64,000 nt of DNA from Hypanus sabinus (GCF_030144855.1 NC_082728.1:29822001-29886000); one strand, 5' to 3'. Numbered from the stretch's first letter, positions 39,321 to 53,840 are shown. The notes: generated by a model from the letters alone, not told the origin. Program-made: numbers and translations.

Positions 39321-39895
39321 ATAGAATTTTGAGCTTTGCTGATATCAAAAGGGGAGTCTATTTCACATGATATGGCTGAATTGAAGAAACTGTCCAAGCA
39401 TTGTCATTTCAGTGATAGGCTTAATGATGCACTGAGAGATCATTTAATTTCTAGAATCTTACAAGAAAGCATTCAAAAATATCTAACTGAAGCACAACTG
39501 CTATTTAAAAAAACAATTGAAATCGCTGTATGAATGGAAGCAGCAGAGGTGCAATTAGGAATGAAAATGAGTGTGAACAAAATTGCAGTGTCTAAACAGA
39601 AATCTACCTGCCCAAACAAATTGTGTTACTGTTGTGAGGGCTCACATCAATGCAGGTTTAAAGGTAAAACTTGCTGAAAATTCAACAAAATAGGACACAT
39701 ACAAAGAGCGTGTCGAACAGATAAAATTAGTGGACTGTACAGGAAAGAGATAAATATTAAAAATGAATTTGCAGTTTCAAAAAGAGAACTAATTGCAATG
39801 CTGTTGATGAAATACCTGATAATGATGAGAGGGACACAGGATTAGGAAGCGACGATGTCGCCTGTTTACAGCCGCCGAGGAAAGAAACCTTGGAG

Positions 39896-40700
39896 TCATA
39901 GAAACAGAGAAAACCTACAGCACAATACAGGCCCTTCGGCCCACAAAGATGTGCTGAACATGTCCCTACCTTAGAAATTACTAGGCTTACCTATAAGCCC
40001 TCTATTTTACTAAGCTCCATGTACCTATCTAAAAGTCTCTTAAAAGATCCTATTGTATCCGCCTCCACCACCGTTGCCAGCAGCCCATTCCATGCACTCA
40101 CCACTCTGAGTAAAAAAACTTATTCCTGATGTCTCCTCTGTACCTACTCCCCAGCACCTTAAACCTGTGTCCTCTTGTGGCAACCATTTCAGCCCTGGGG
40201 AAAAGCCCCTGACTATCGACACGATCAATACCTGTCATCGTCTTATACCCACCTCTATCAGGTTACCTGTTCTCATGAGGCACACTCCCCAATCTAGGCA
40301 ACATCCTTGTAAATCTCTTCTGCACCCTTTCTATGGCTTCCACATCCTTCCTGTAGTGAGGCAACCAGAACTGAGCACAGTACTTCAAGTGGGGTCTGAC
40401 CAGGGTCCTATATAGCTGCAATATTACCTCTTGACTCCTAAATTCAATTCCACGATTGATGAAGGCCAATACACCATATGCCTTCTTAACCAGAGTCAAC
40501 CTGCACAGATGCTTTAAGTGTCCTATGGACTCGGACCCCAAGATCCCTCTGATCCGCCACACTGCCAAGAGTCTTACCATTAATACTATATTCTGCCATC
40601 ATATTCAACCTACCAAAATGAACCACTTCACACTTATCTGGGTTGAACTCCATCTGCCACTTCTCAGCCCAGTTTTGCATCCTATCAATGTCCACTGTAA
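39896..40700 (-). mobile_element. CR1 3' end nested in a non-autonomous repeat (39851-41030) inside the Gypsy element
   Basis: WAEKWQMEFNPDKCEVVHFGR, LYRTLVRPHLKYCAQFW. Confidence 0.92.
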
Positions 40701-42471
40701 CCTCTGAAGTCAATAGGCTGCAGCGGAGTGCTGAGGGCAGTGTGATGCAGCATCCTAGCTGGAGTTTGTGCTGCCTCCAGTGTTTGCTTGGCAGAAGACA
40801 AGGAATATTGAGTTTGACTGCAGACTGCTGAATATTCATGGATTTGGGATCTTGGACTATATTTATGTGACTGTATTTTACCAATATCTATCTTCTGTTC
40901 TTGCTACCTTATGTGCGTTATATGTGCCTTGCGCTGTGTCTGACTTGGTTCTGTGGTTTGCACCTTGGCTCCAGAGTAACGCTGTTTCATTTGGCTGTAT
41001 TCATTTATGGTTGAATGACAATTAAACAAATTCAAGATTTACAATGTAAAAACTAATATAAGAGAACCTATATGGTTTATGCTAGAACTGAACAGCAAAT
41101 TAATTAAAATGGAATTGGGACTCTGGCTCTACTGTTTCATTTACTTCACAAAATGAGTTTGAATAGCATTTTAAAGATAATAAACAGAAGTCCGCAGATA
41201 TCTAATTAAGAACAAAGATAACCACTGTAGGGAAAACATTCATAACAGTGAAATACAACAACCAACAAGCTATCTTTGGGCTTATGTGGTAAAAAGAGGA
41301 GGGCCATCATTAAGGCTATGATTGGCTGAGACAACTACAATTTGATTTGAGATCCATCCACCATTTGCATTGCAAATTGCTTGCAATAGTCAATTGAAAG
41401 CAAATTAAGAAAGGTATACTGAATGATGCCACAGCAGTGTTCAAAGATGGCATTGGAAAATTTAAACATGTTAAATGTAAAATAGTATTAAATGAAGATG
41501 CCACACCAAAGATTAATAAAGCCCGTATGGTTCCCAACACCATCTGTGATAAAATAGACAGTGAGCTAGATTGCATGGAGTCTGAAGAAATTCTTTTCAT
41601 GGTTGACTAGAGCCAATGCCAGTTGTCCCAGTAGTCAAGAGGAATGGGTCCATCATGATCTGTGGTGAATTTAATGTTGCCATCAATTCAGTACTGAAAG
41701 TAGATCCACATCCTCTGCCCAGGATAGAGGGTATATTTGTAAACCTTTAAGTAAAGTGGACTTAGCTGAGGGCTACCTACAGGTGGAGGTGGAAGCAGAG
41801 TCCAAAGTGTTTCTCACTGTAACACTCACAAAAGGCTTTATCGTTATAATAGGCTTATTTTTGGAGTAGCATCTGCACCTACACTCTGACAGAAAGCTAT
41901 GGATCAGAGGCTACAAGGCTGCCCAGACACGCAGTGTTAAATGGATGACATTATTGTTACCAGTAAGGATGCAAAGGAGCATCTCCCAAAATCTCAAGAC
42001 GGTGAAAAAGTATAAAAGATTTTGGGCTCAGAGAACATGACAAATGTGAATTCTTTAAACGCAGATTTAATTTCTGTGGTCACATGATTGACACACAAGA
42101 ATTACACAAGTATGTTGAGAAAATTCAAGTAGTAGTGGGTTCCCCAAGACCAAAGGACATACCACAATTGTCATTTTTAGGATTTGTCAATTACTACAAC
42201 CAGTTCCTGCCAAACCTGGCTGCTGTGCTCCACTGCTTGAACTCAATATTATAGATCGGGAAGAATGGCAACGGACAAAGCAGTGGAGGAGGCTTCTGAA
42301 ACTGAGGTTGTTCATAGCCACAAATGTCACCTGCCATACAGAGTGGGACCCCCCCCCCCCCCCCACCCAGTCATTAAAGACTTTATCCCACAAAACTAAG
42401 ACATCCTCCAAGGTGAGGTGGGACAATTTAGAATTTACTATGCTTTTGATGTCTATACTGTATAGCAGTTA

Positions 42472-43852
42472 CAGTTGCTAGAAAGTTTGTGAACCCTTTA
42501 CAATTACTTAGTTTTTTGCTTTAAATACTCATAAAATGTGGTCTGGTCTTCATCTAAGTCACAATAACAGATAAACACAATCTGCCTAAACTAATAACAC
42601 ACAAACAATTGTACTACTTCTCGTCAATACTGAGTATACCATTTAAACAATCGGTTGAGGTACAAAACAGCATGTGAACCTCTGGGATAATGCCTTTGAT
42701 AAAAGCTATTTGGAATCAGGTGTTCATCAATAAGATGAGATTGGAGGTATGGCTGTAGATGTGCCCGGCCCTATAAAAGATACACAAAGTCAGGTTACTG
42801 ACAGAGCCTGCTCTTCTCAAGAAAGATCCATTTATGTGCACCACTCCTCAATCAAAGCAACTTTCAAATGACCTTAGGAGAGTAACTGTTGAGATGCATG
42901 AAGCTAGAAAAGTCTATGAAAGCATTTCTAAAGACCTGTGTTCATCAGTCTACACCAAGAGCACGAGCACTGTTGAATGAGGTGAAAAAGAACCCAAGTG
43001 TAACAGAAAAAGACCTGCAGAAATCTCTGTTCATGTACCTTCTATAAGAAAAACACTGAGCAAGAATGGTGTTCATGGAAGGACAGCACAGAATATCATG
43101 AAGGAAACCACCACTCACCGAAAATAAAATTCATTGCTGCATGTCTCACGTTTGTAAAAGACTACCTGGATGTTCTACAATGCTTTGGGACAATATTCTG
43201 TAATCAGATGAGTCAGAAGTTGAACTTTTTGGCAGAAATGCACACTGCTATGTTTGGAGCAAAAATGGCAACACCAAAACCTCATCCCAACTGTGAAGCA
43301 TAGTGAAAGGAGTATTATGGTTTGGTGCTGCTTTGCTGCCTCAGGGCCAGAACAGTTTGGTTTCATTGGGGGAACAATTAATTCAAAATTGTAGCAAAAT
43401 ATTTTACAGGAGAATATCAGGGTAGCAGTCTGTCACCTGAAGCTTAATATAAGTTGGATGGTGCAACAAGACACTGATCCGAAACACAAACAAATCAACA
43501 GATTGGTTTAAAAAGAAGAAAATTTATGTTTTGGAATGGCCAAGTCAGAGTACAGAGCTTAACCCAACTGAGATGCTGTGGCATAACCTGAAGAGGGCTG
43601 TTTATGCAAGGTATCCCAGAAACATTAATGAAGTATAAGTTTGGTATGGAGGAATTCTACCTCTCTATTGTGCAAGTCTAATCAGCAGCTACAGGATACA
43701 TTTCATGGAGGTTATTGCTGCTAAAGGAGGTTCTATCTGTTATTAAATACTAGGCTTCACATACATTTTCCAGCCTGGATTATGAATGATTGAACAATGT
43801 GTTCAATAAAGACATGAAAAGTACAATTGTTTAGGCAGATAGTGTTTGTCTA
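42472..43852 (+). mobile_element. Tc1-like transposon with long IR/DR-type TIRs; right outer end missing; decayed transposase
   Basis: TA|CAGTTGCTAGAAAGTTTGTGAACCC; SDESEVELFG, QQDTDPKH, WPSQSTELNPTEMLW; 43800-43852 is the reverse complement of the left inner TIR. Confidence 0.9.
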
Positions 43853-44083
43853 ATAGATATATAATTAGAGAGCAATATATTATATAATTGAGTTAAAATA
43901 CATTCTATTTGTAGCTGAACAGGGAATAGTGTATTTACTATTACAGTAATATTGTAAATATATTAAGCGCTCTGTTCTTTATGTAATTCATTATGGATTA
44001 TATGTACGTATTTTATTTGGCATACATCATATGTGAGCACCTCACTATAGTAAAACCTAATTCCATGAGTATCCCTGGACTCC

Positions 44084-46668
44084 TAGAATCATAGAACACT
44101 ACAGCACAGAAACAGGCCTTTTGGCCCTTCTTGGCTGTGCCGAACCATTTTTCTGCCAAGTCCCACTGACCTGCACCTGGACCATATCCCTCCATACACC
44201 TCTCATCCATGAACCTGTCAAAGTTTTTCTTAAATGTTAAAAGTGAGCCCGCATTTACCACTTCATCTGGCAGCTCATTCCACACTCCCACCACTCTCTG
44301 TGTGAAGAAGTGCCCCCCCACCCCACCATGTTCCCTTTAAACATTTCTGCCTTCACCCTTAACCCATGTCCTCTGGTTTTTTTCTCCCCTAGCCTCAGTG
44401 GAAAAAGCCTGCTTCTATCTATACCCATCATAGTTTTATATACCCCTATCAAATCTCCCCTCATTCTTCTACACTCCAAGGAATAAAGTCCTAACCTATT
44501 CAACCTTTCTCTGTAACTCAGTTTCTCAAGTCCCAGCAACATCCTTGTAAACTTTCTCTGCACTCTTTCAACCTTAATATCCTTCCTGTAATTAGGTGAC
44601 CAAAACTGCACACAATACTCCAAATTCAGCCTAAAACACCTTATACAACCTCACCATAAAATTCCAACTCTTTACTCAATACTTTGATTTATAAAGGCCA
44701 ATGCACCAAAAGCTCTCTTTACTACCCTATCTGTGACACCACTTTTAGGGAATTTTGTATCTGTATTTCCAGATCCCTCTATTCGACTGCACTCCTCAGT
44801 GCCCTACCATTTACCTTGTATGTACTACCTTGGTTTTTCCTTCCAAAGTGCAATACCTCACACTTGTCTGTATTAAACTCCATCGGCCATTTTTCAGCCC
44901 ATTTTCCCAGCTAGTCCAAATCCCTCTGCAAGCTTTGAAAACCTTCCTCACTGTCCACTACACCTCCAATCTTTGTATCCTCGGCAAATTTGCTGATCCA
45001 ATTTACCACATTATCATCCAGATCATTGATATAGATGACAAATAACAATGGACCCAGCACTGATCCCTGTGGCACACCAGTAGTCACAGGCTTACACTCA
45101 GAAAAGCAATCCTCCACTACCACTCTGACTTCTCCCACTGAGCAAACGTCTAATCCAATTTACTACCTTACCATGTATATCCAGCGATTGAATCTTCCTA
45201 ACCTCCCATGCAGGATCTTGTCTAATGCCTTACTTAAGTCCACGTAGACAACATCCACTGCCTTCCCTTCATCCACTTTCCTTGTAACCTCCTCAAAAAA
45301 CTCTTAATAGATTTGTTAAATATGACCTACCACACACAAAGCCATGTTGACTCTCCCTAATATGTTCCTATCTATCTAAATACTTGTAGATCCTATCTCT
45401 TAGTATTCCTTCCAATAACTTACCAGCCTATAATTTCCCAGATTACTTTTAGAGCTTTTTAAACAACGGAACAATATGAGCTATCCTCTAATCCTCTGGC
45501 ACCTCACCCATAGATACAGTTATTTTAAATATATCTGCCAGGGCCCCTGCAATTTCAACACTAGTCTCCTTCAAGATCCGAGGAAATACCGTCAGGTCCT
45601 GGGGATTTATTAACTCTGAATTGCCTCAAGATAGCAAGCACCTCCTCCTCTTTAATCTGTATAGGTTCCATGACCTCACTACTTGTTTGCCTTATTTCTA
45701 CTGACTCCATGCCAGTTTCCTTAGTAAATACAGACACAAAAAACCCATTTAAGATCTTCCCCATTTCTTTTGGTTGCATACATAGCTGACCACTCTGATC
45801 TTCAAGAGGACCAAGTTTATCCCTTACTATCCTTTTGTTCTTAATATACCCTTGGATTATCCTTCACCTTGACTGCCAAAGCTACGTCGTCGTCTTTTAG
45901 CCCTCCTAATTTCTTTTAAGTATTTTTTTGCACCTTTTATACAAGTACCTTATTTGCTCCATTTCCTATACATGTCATAAATCTCTCTCTTCTGCTTTAT
46001 CAGAATTCCAATATCCCTAGAGAACCAAGGTTCCTTATTAATTCACTTTGCCTTTAATCCTGACAGGAACATACAAACTATGCACTTTCAGAATTTCTCC
46101 TTTGAAGGCCCCCCACTTACCAACGACATCCTTGCCAGAGAACAACCTGTCCCAATCCACCCTTTTTAGATCCTTTCTCATTTCTTCCAAATTGGCCTTT
46201 TTCCAGTTTAGAACCTCAACCTGAGGACCAGATCTATCTTTATCTGTGATCAAGTTGAAACTAATGGTGTCACTAGAACCAAAGTGTTCCTCTATACACA
46301 CTTCCATCACCTGTCCTAACTTGTTTCCTAATAGGAAATTTAATATTGCATCCTCTCTAGTCAGTACCTCTATATATTGATTTAGAAAATTTTCCTGAAC
46401 ACATTTTACAAACTCTAACCCGTCTAGACCTTAACAGTATGGGAGTCCCAATCAATATATGGAAAATTAAAATTCCCTACTATCATAGATTATATGGAGA
46501 AATTTAAGGTGGGGGGGGGGGGTTATATGGGAGGCAGGGTTTGAGGGTTGGCACATTGTGGGCCGAAGGGCCTGTAATGTGCTGTACTATTCTATGTTCT
46601 ATCACAACTTTATGTTTCCTGCAGTTGTCTGCTAGCTCTCTGGAGAATTGCTCCTCCAATTCTCACTT
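44084..46668 (-). mobile_element. CR1 LINE (APE through 3' end) inserted in the Gypsy 3' LTR; contains a small plus-strand CR1 tail insertion at ~46486-46600 (CTATCA TSD)
   Basis: GVPQGSVLGPLLFVIYINDLD, SKFAEDTKIGG, EYCVQFWSPNY. Confidence 0.93.
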
Positions 46669-46847
46669 TTTTTGGTATATTCTTGTGCATTTTCTGGAGT
46701 TACAAAATATAATGTGGGTCAAATGCAGGAAATTGGGATTTGCAGATGGTCATCTTAGTTGGAATGGATAACGGACAAAAGGACTTCTTTATGTGCTGCA
46801 CGTCTCTTATGATTCTAATACTTTCTATCATTTATTTCCCCAACTAG

Positions 46848-47085
46848 ATTGGAGCTGGTGCAAGCTTACCCGGTGTTGTTGCAGCAAAATGTGGTGCGAG
46901 TGTAATTTTATCAGATTGTGCAGTGTTTCAGAATTGCTTGGATAACTGTCGGCGAAGCTGCCAGATCAACAATCTTGAAGATGTGCCTGTCATTGGTCTA
47001 ACCTGGGGACAAATATCTCCTGATTTGGTGCAGTTGCCACAAATAGACATTATTCTAGGATCTGATGTGTTCTATGAACCTGAAG
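46848..47085 (+). CDS. METTL23: METTL23 coding exon 3 (IGAGASLPGVVAAKCGA...IILGSDVFYEPE)
   Basis: Translated by hand; SAM-binding (E)IGAG motif, LTWG, DVFY; actag|ATT and G|gtaaag; 238 bp. Confidence 0.97.
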
Positions 47086-47930
47086 GTAAAGATTGAAATT
47101 AACAAAATCTATTATATACTTACTTTAATTGCTGATTTAAACTATTAACAGAGAAAACAGTGCCCATAATATGGGCTTTAATTAGGTTTGACAAGATTAT
47201 GATTTCAGTCAGGAGATGAGCTTCATCTTCAAAACTGCAATGACTTCCAAATAAATGCATTCTTGAATACTTTAGAAGGAAAATAATGAAATAGATGCCA
47301 AACAAAGGAACAATAAACAAGACTGGAATGAAGGGTATGACATTGCTAAATCAACTGAATTACAATAAAATGTGCTTTGATAAAACTTCTTCCCATTCAT
47401 CTTCTTTGACTTGGTGTGCATTCTAAAACAGAATAGCTCAGTCTTGATACTGTACAAGTTTTCAGTGATACTCACTGAAAAATGGCTGCCTGGGTCTGGG
47501 TGACACTAAATATAGTTTTCCTGCTGCAATGGCAGTAAATATAATAAGAGTGAATATGACTGAAAAGGAAGTTGACAATTTTTCAATTGTAGATGTCATA
47601 TAATCTGTTCACTTGGTAATTGAATCTCTACTTTTAACTTATGAGGTGAATAATTGGAGTATATTTCAGTCAAAATAAGAATTTTACTTTTATGCCTTAA
47701 TTCACAAAATCTGCAGTTGAAGTTGTATTGTAAAATCCAATGAAATGAGCTGTTATGATTTGTAACTATTTTCACTTGCACAGGTGAAACTTTTAAGATG
47801 ATGAATACATTTTCATACCAAGACTCACTGCCAAGCTTCCAGATACAGCTTTTCATTGTTTTGTTAATGAATATGTGAGCAAATATTAACATGTGTAACC
47901 TTTTAAATTTCCTTCAAATTGATCTTTCAG

Positions 47931-48015
47931 ACTTTGAGGACATATTAACAACTGTTTTCTACTTGATGCAAAAAAATCCAAATGCCCTTTTTTGGACCAC
48001 TTATCAAGAAAGGAG
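47931..48015 (+). CDS. METTL23: METTL23 coding exon 4 (DFEDILTTVFYLMQKNPNALFWTTYQERS)
   Basis: tttcag|AC acceptor, AG|gtaaat donor; 85 bp, frame-consistent. Confidence 0.96.
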
Positions 48016-48639
48016 GTAAATCTTTACTATTTGCTTGAAATGCTGAATTTACTTTTGATGCTTATTTTCAACTAGATCCATAAATAAGTTTTTAACATGC
48101 ATTCACTGTGTAATTATAATCAATAGTAAAGCATATTTGCATGAAATTCTCATGTTTTGACTAATACTTAAAACTATCCTTCCTTGCACTCAGTTATGTC
48201 TCAAGAGACTTGGGGAAATTTTGCTTTTTGTCAGTTTACAGCTTGATCACCATTATTTTACAGCCAACAGGAAGAACTTGCATTTACATTGCTTTCTTTT
48301 TCGAATACGCCAAAATTAACCTTGAACATCCTGTGTAAAAAAAAAAGCATAATTTTTTGAAGTTACAACTTTAGATCCCATCCTTAATTTCAAAATACTT
48401 TCATATCAGTTTTCTTAAGCTTGTTCCTGCATTCATAAGAACATTTTTGAATTTCTGCATTAATTCCACTCACATTGAAAGTCCTCTTCTTCACTCATCC
48501 CTTGAATGTTCTTCTTAATCCTCCAAACTGTAACAATATCTATCTTTTTTACCCCAAATGACAAATCAAATGTGGTCCTCATGTATAGAATTTCAGAGTT
48601 CTAATCTTTTCAATGGGGGGAAAAAAAAATCCCATCCCA

Positions 48640-49190
48640 GTAATATGATCTCAGTTTTAGGTTAACTAGCTACTACCCTCATGAAACCCTCAGTTTCACT
48701 TCAAGATCACCTGATTCCAATCAAATTTATAGAATGAAGGCCCATTCAGTTCAATCTTTCCTTACAGGCCTAAGGTATTAAGCTTAAGCCTAATGAATCT
48801 TTGTTCTTTTCCTTGAAGCAAATGAGGCACTTCTTTGGGTAGGGATGAAAAGTATGTAAAATACTGCAGGTGCGCCAAGGTACTTTCAGTAGATGCCTTG
48901 CTTAAAAGACCCAATATTGTTTCATGTTCCTGCCAAGTCAACTTTGTGATCCCTCTTTGGTTTTGTAAATGCATCTTTAAACAAAATTATAATCTTAACT
49001 TTAAAAAACATTTTCCATTTTCTGAACAATTTGGAACAATTTAAAACCTTCACATTATATTCCATTTGCCATTTTTCCCCCAAGTACTTAATCAGCTTCT
49101 GTACTTTATAGCCAAGTTACTATCCTGTGGAGTATTCATATCATTAGTAACTTCAGTCCACTATCTAAACCTTTAATTGTATTAACTGTA
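48640..49190 (-). mobile_element. Very old CR1 remnant
   Basis: HLQYFTYFSSLP-type degenerate RT C-terminus. Confidence 0.5.
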
Positions 49191-50011
49191 GAAAACTAGG
49201 AACTGAAATCCAATACAATTAAGCTAAAGAATGAAATATTGATTTTATAACATAACCGGACAAACTCTCCACAATATTCATTGACAATTATAATGCAGGT
49301 TTTAGCTTAAAGATTTAAATTGCTTGGCTGCTGAGCTGAATGTGAAGTGTAGGGTGAGCTGGAAAGGAGAAAAGAACATGACATGTTTCTTTTTTGAAGA
49401 CATGGTGTATAGATTTAAAATTTTTAATACTTGCACAGATTTGAAAAAGTTTGATTTAGTTGCTGTAATTTGGAAATCTAAACATTAACAATTAAACTGA
49501 AGTTAATGTACATTGAAAGTTAATGCAGTCCATATCTAATTTACCAATTTATTAAATTATTTTGCATAATTATATAAATTATCGAAGCAGTGCAATTTGA
49601 AGTTGTTTCTTGTCACTTTAGAAGTGAAAGTAACCCAGGTAACTTACTGCACACACAAACAACAGTGTGTTGTTTGAATTTCCAGCATCTGCAGATTTCC
49701 TCGTGTTTGCAGGTAACTTACGGATTTGAATTTCTCAAAGTGCACCTGCGATTTTCAATATTTCTGCATTTTTTTTTCTTGCTGTTCTGTTTTTGGTGAG
49801 TGATCTCCAATTTTCTTTTTGTACCTTTGAACTCTTTGGATTCCTTAGCTGAACCATTCCCAACTTCCACTGTTCCAATATCTAGCTAGATATAAATTAT
49901 TTCATCTACAACTTCTGCCAAACTCTTCATTTCTTGATATTGTTAATCATGTTTAAACAAGATTAGTTTTGCATTACTTTTAATTTTCTGTACTTTTGAA
50001 ATATTTTCTAG

Positions 50012-50186
50012 TGCCGATTGGTCAATTGAAGCACTGCTGTACAAATGGAACTTGAAGTGTATTCACATTCAGCTAGAATCTTTCAGTGCAGATGAAGAAC
50101 ATCTTGCTGGATCAGCTCTACCTGGAAGTCACACTGTTCATATGCTGATTATTGGTTTAAAGAGTAACATTACCTCAGTAGTCTAA
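50012..50186 (+). CDS. METTL23: METTL23 last coding exon (ADWSIEALLYKWNLKCIHIQLESFSADEEHLAGSALPGSHTVHMLIIGLKSNITSVV*)
   Basis: ttctag|T acceptor; TAA at 50184-50186; spliced CDS 684 bp = 227 aa. Confidence 0.96.
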
Positions 50187-50327
50187 AGCCGCTCCCATTC
50201 TTGTATTTAAGATGATTGTCATTTCCATCTCAACCGCTCTATTCCTCAATTACTTGCATGGGGTGATATTAAAAGAACAAAATCTCATCTTTCAAAGTAA
50301 AGTTGCTTTATCAACTAAGGCTATTTC

Positions 50328-50464
50328 AATAAAAAAAGGTGCAATTTCAAAATGCATCTTCAATTATAGTTTTGTAAGGAATACATTTTGTATAGTTCTT
50401 GTTCAGACAGTTACATGAATGATGTGGAATTATGGCTTAGTAAATAAAATATGATTTAAATAAA
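50328..50464 (+). terminator. Candidate METTL23 polyadenylation signals
   Basis: AATAAA at 50328, 50443 and 50459 downstream of the stop. Confidence 0.5.
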
Positions 50465-51379
50465 TTGAAGCAGAGTATTCCAATTCAGAACAATCCCTGC
50501 AATGATTATATGCTCCTATTGACTAGAGCTCTAGTTTGTAATCAATCTTGCCCCTTTTCTGGTCTTGGGCATGTTGGGACTGAGCTATGTTGCTTGAGCA
50601 GTTTACATACATGTAGATTGGAGTTCGAGTTGCACTACAAATCTGAGGCATATGTAACCTTTAACTATTGTGATCCAACCTCAGCAGTTAGAAAATCCGT
50701 TTCATTATTAGTGATAATTTGTTTAATGGATTCTAAATGTAGCTTGTGTCTGGCACAAGTCTGAGACAGGCAGCAAAGTTAATCTCTGGATCAGTGCATG
50801 ACAACTTATTCTAACAACTAGAGTACTTAAATACTACTTTAGATTACAAAACAATAGAGATTTTACTCTATTTAAATATCTAACCCAAACATAGCAACAA
50901 AGATAAATCTCGATTAATTGCAGTAAAAGTTAATTTCACTGTCTAAAACTGATATTGTTGAATTTATCTCCTCATTCTGCTTACCTGTAACAATATCACC
51001 ATATGGATTCTTGGTGATATTAAAAACATTTTAAACAAAAATATTGTCATCCCCAGTTTATTGAGAATGTTGGAAAAATTATTTTTTGACAGGTCCAGGT
51101 AATGCACAATGGAGAAATCTTGCTATATGAAGTGTCTCTCCTTAGAATTAGCAAGGCGTCCCTGCCATCAATAACTAGAAAGAAACTTGTCCCATTGACC
51201 AGTGTAAAGTCTGAACTCCAAAATGACAGAACACATTGAATTTAACAGCATTAACAAAAGGCTAATCTAAGTTTTTCTTATGATGGCTTCTGAAGAATTT
51301 AAACAAATATCTGTGTAGCCTTGATTTCAATCTACCATTTATCACGTTCCCAATTACTTAATTTTACTTCCCTTTCCTG

Positions 51380-52020
51380 CATGTGAACCACCCAATTTCC
51401 AAGTAGGATTAAGCACAAGCTACTCTAAAAAGCTATCTCATAAGCAATCAAAAAAATTACCTCATGCGATCCAACGTCAACCTGATTTTCCCAATCCCCT
51501 TGCATATTTAAGACCCCCATTACAATTGTGACATTAGCCTTATTGGATGCCCCTTCCAGCTCCCTTTGCAATCTCAACCCCACTTGTTGGCTACTATTTG
51601 GAGACATACGATTCCCATGATGGTGTTTTTTCTTTAACTCTTGCAGTTTCTGAACTCCACCCACAAAGATTCAATATTCTCTGACCCAATCTTATAACTT
51701 CCTAAAGATGTAATTCCATCTCTTAGCAACATAGCCACACCACCACCTATGCCTTCCTGCCTGGCTTTTCAATACAAAGTAATTTAAGCTCCCAACTATG
51801 ACTTCCTTTCAGCCACGACTCTGATGCCCACAACATTATAGTGACCAATCTCTAACTGTGCCATGAGCTTATTCAACTTATTCCGAATACTACGTGAATT
51901 TAAATACAACAAACACCTTCAGTCCTGCATCCTTTGCATTTATGAATTTTGCCTCTTGTGGTACAATTTAACTTTGCTCTGTCTGCATTTGTACCCAATC
52001 ATTGGGTTGTCCTTCCTTAC
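51380..52020 (-). mobile_element. CR1 APE-domain fragment
   Basis: VTIVMGVLNMQGDWENQV remnant. Confidence 0.8.
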
Positions 52021-52024
52021 ATTC

Positions 52025-52880
52025 ATAGTACATCATCTACTGGTAAATCTGCTGGCTGAGACTTTGCTCCATGATACTGGTTCCAGAGCTGATGAGATGA
52101 CTTTCTTCAAAGAAGGGGGCTTCCATCCTCCACCATCACTGTCCTCACCCACATCTTTTGCATTTCGTGCACATCTGCCCTCACCCATCCTCCTGCTGCC
52201 ACAGCAGCAAGTTTTCCTCTCATCCTTATCTACCACCCCACTAGCCTCTACACCGAGCACATAATTCTCTGTAATTTCTGCCATCTCCAATGGGATTCAA
52301 TCACCACCAAGCAGATTTCTTACTCCCCCCCCGCCACACACTCACACACTTTATGCAGGGATCGCTCCCTACACTATTCCCTTCTCCATTTCTCTCTCCC
52401 CACTGATCTCCCTCCTGGCATTTATCTTCGCAAGCTGAACAACTGCCACACCTCTCCCCCCCCCCCCCCCCCCCCCCCAATCTAGCATTCAGGGTCCCAA
52501 CCAGTCCATCCAGGTGAGGCAGCACTTCACCTGTGTGTCTGCTGGGGTCATCTATTGTATCAGTTGCTCCCATTGTGGCCTCCTGTGTATCAGTAAGAAC
52601 CAACATAGATTGGGAGACTGCTTTGCCGAGCAGCTATACTCCATCTGCCTACCGGTGGCCACCCATTTCAATTCTACTTCCCATTCTCATTTTGACACGT
52701 TGGTCCATGGCCTCCTCTCTGCCATAACGAGGCCACGCTCAGCTTGGAGGAGCAACACCTTGAATTCTGCCCGGGTAACCTCCAACCTGATGGCATGAAC
52801 ATCCATTTCTTGAGCTTCAGGTAATGCTCCAGCATTTTGTTGCTTTCGATTTCCAGCATCTGCAGATTTTCTCATGTATA
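52025..52880 (+). mobile_element. Penelope-like element 3' part with GIY-YIG endonuclease remnant
   Basis: QVRQHFTCVSAGVIYCISCSHCGLLCI...RLGDCFAEQL...PVATHFNSTSH; pseudo-LTR tail ttccagcatctgcagattttctc. Confidence 0.9.
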
Positions 52881-53329
52881 TACTTCAGTTATATAGGTGG
52901 ATTTGTGAAGTTACTGTTAATAGAAAACTAATTACTTCACTGCATAATCTTATGGGATAAGATTGCCCTCATGCATGTAATATGCTGAATAATTAAAAAG
53001 TAAACTGGAATGATGCTCAGTGTCCTGTCATTTATTTAACTAAAAGTCACTTCTAATCAGGAAGAATATCCTGATTATGTGGTACCAAAATTAGTTTGTT
53101 ATATTTTGCAGGTGGGCACAAGGGAGGAGGGTATATAGCTTGAGTTTCAAGCTTTTAATTTCCATGCTTAGGCCCAAATGCTTTTGGAAACCTATTCTTC
53201 ATAACACTTCTCAAATTAGTGCTTCCATTACAGCTGGCAGAGCCTGTTGCAGGAAAGCAGTTAACAGCAGCATTTGAGCATAAAACAGTCTAGGACAGGA
53301 ATACGTACTGGTCCACCTTAATGCTCTTA

Positions 53330-53840
53330 AAGAGACCCAACACTACCTCCTTCAACTAAAAATGTCCTAACAATTAATATTCTCAACTCTTGTTTTACTA
53401 TCCTTCACGTCCTTCTCCTTGGTAAATATTGATGTACTCATTAAGGACCTCCACATCCAAACCAATGTTCCCCTCACTAGTTATCCTCCTGATGCATGTA
53501 TAGAATGTCTTGAATTCTCTTTTAACCTACTTATCAAGGACTTTTTATGGACTTTCCAGGCTTTCCCAATTCCCTTTGAGTTCTTTTCTGAGTTCTTCAT
53601 AACATTCAAGAGCTCTGATTGATTATAGCTCCCGAAGCTTTACATACTTTTCCTTTTTCTTGACTAAATTAATCACAACTCTCAACAGCCAAGGTTCTCT
53701 TATTTTGCCATCCTAGTTCTGCTTTGTGACCGGAATACATTTGTTCTGCAAGCAGTTGGTCTTTAAATACCCTCCACATAGCTGATGTGGACTTACCTAA
53801 AAACAGTTCCAATTAATTCTCCCTAGATCCTGCCTAATGC
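53330..53840 (-). mobile_element. Old CR1 fragment
   Basis: Similar to 45750-46140. Confidence 0.55.

Larger units (their letters stand above)
39340..46714 (+). mobile_element. Second Gypsy-type element of the same family, fragmented by nested insertions (gag 39340-39850; pro-RT 41031-42300; 3' region to 42471; 3' LTR ~43930-44083 and ~46669-46714)
   Basis: LNDALRDHLISRILQESIQK; HPLPRIE; YNRLIFGVASAP; MDDIIV; homologous to reverse complement of 19219-22805 including the LTR end gagttacaaaatataa. Confidence 0.82.
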
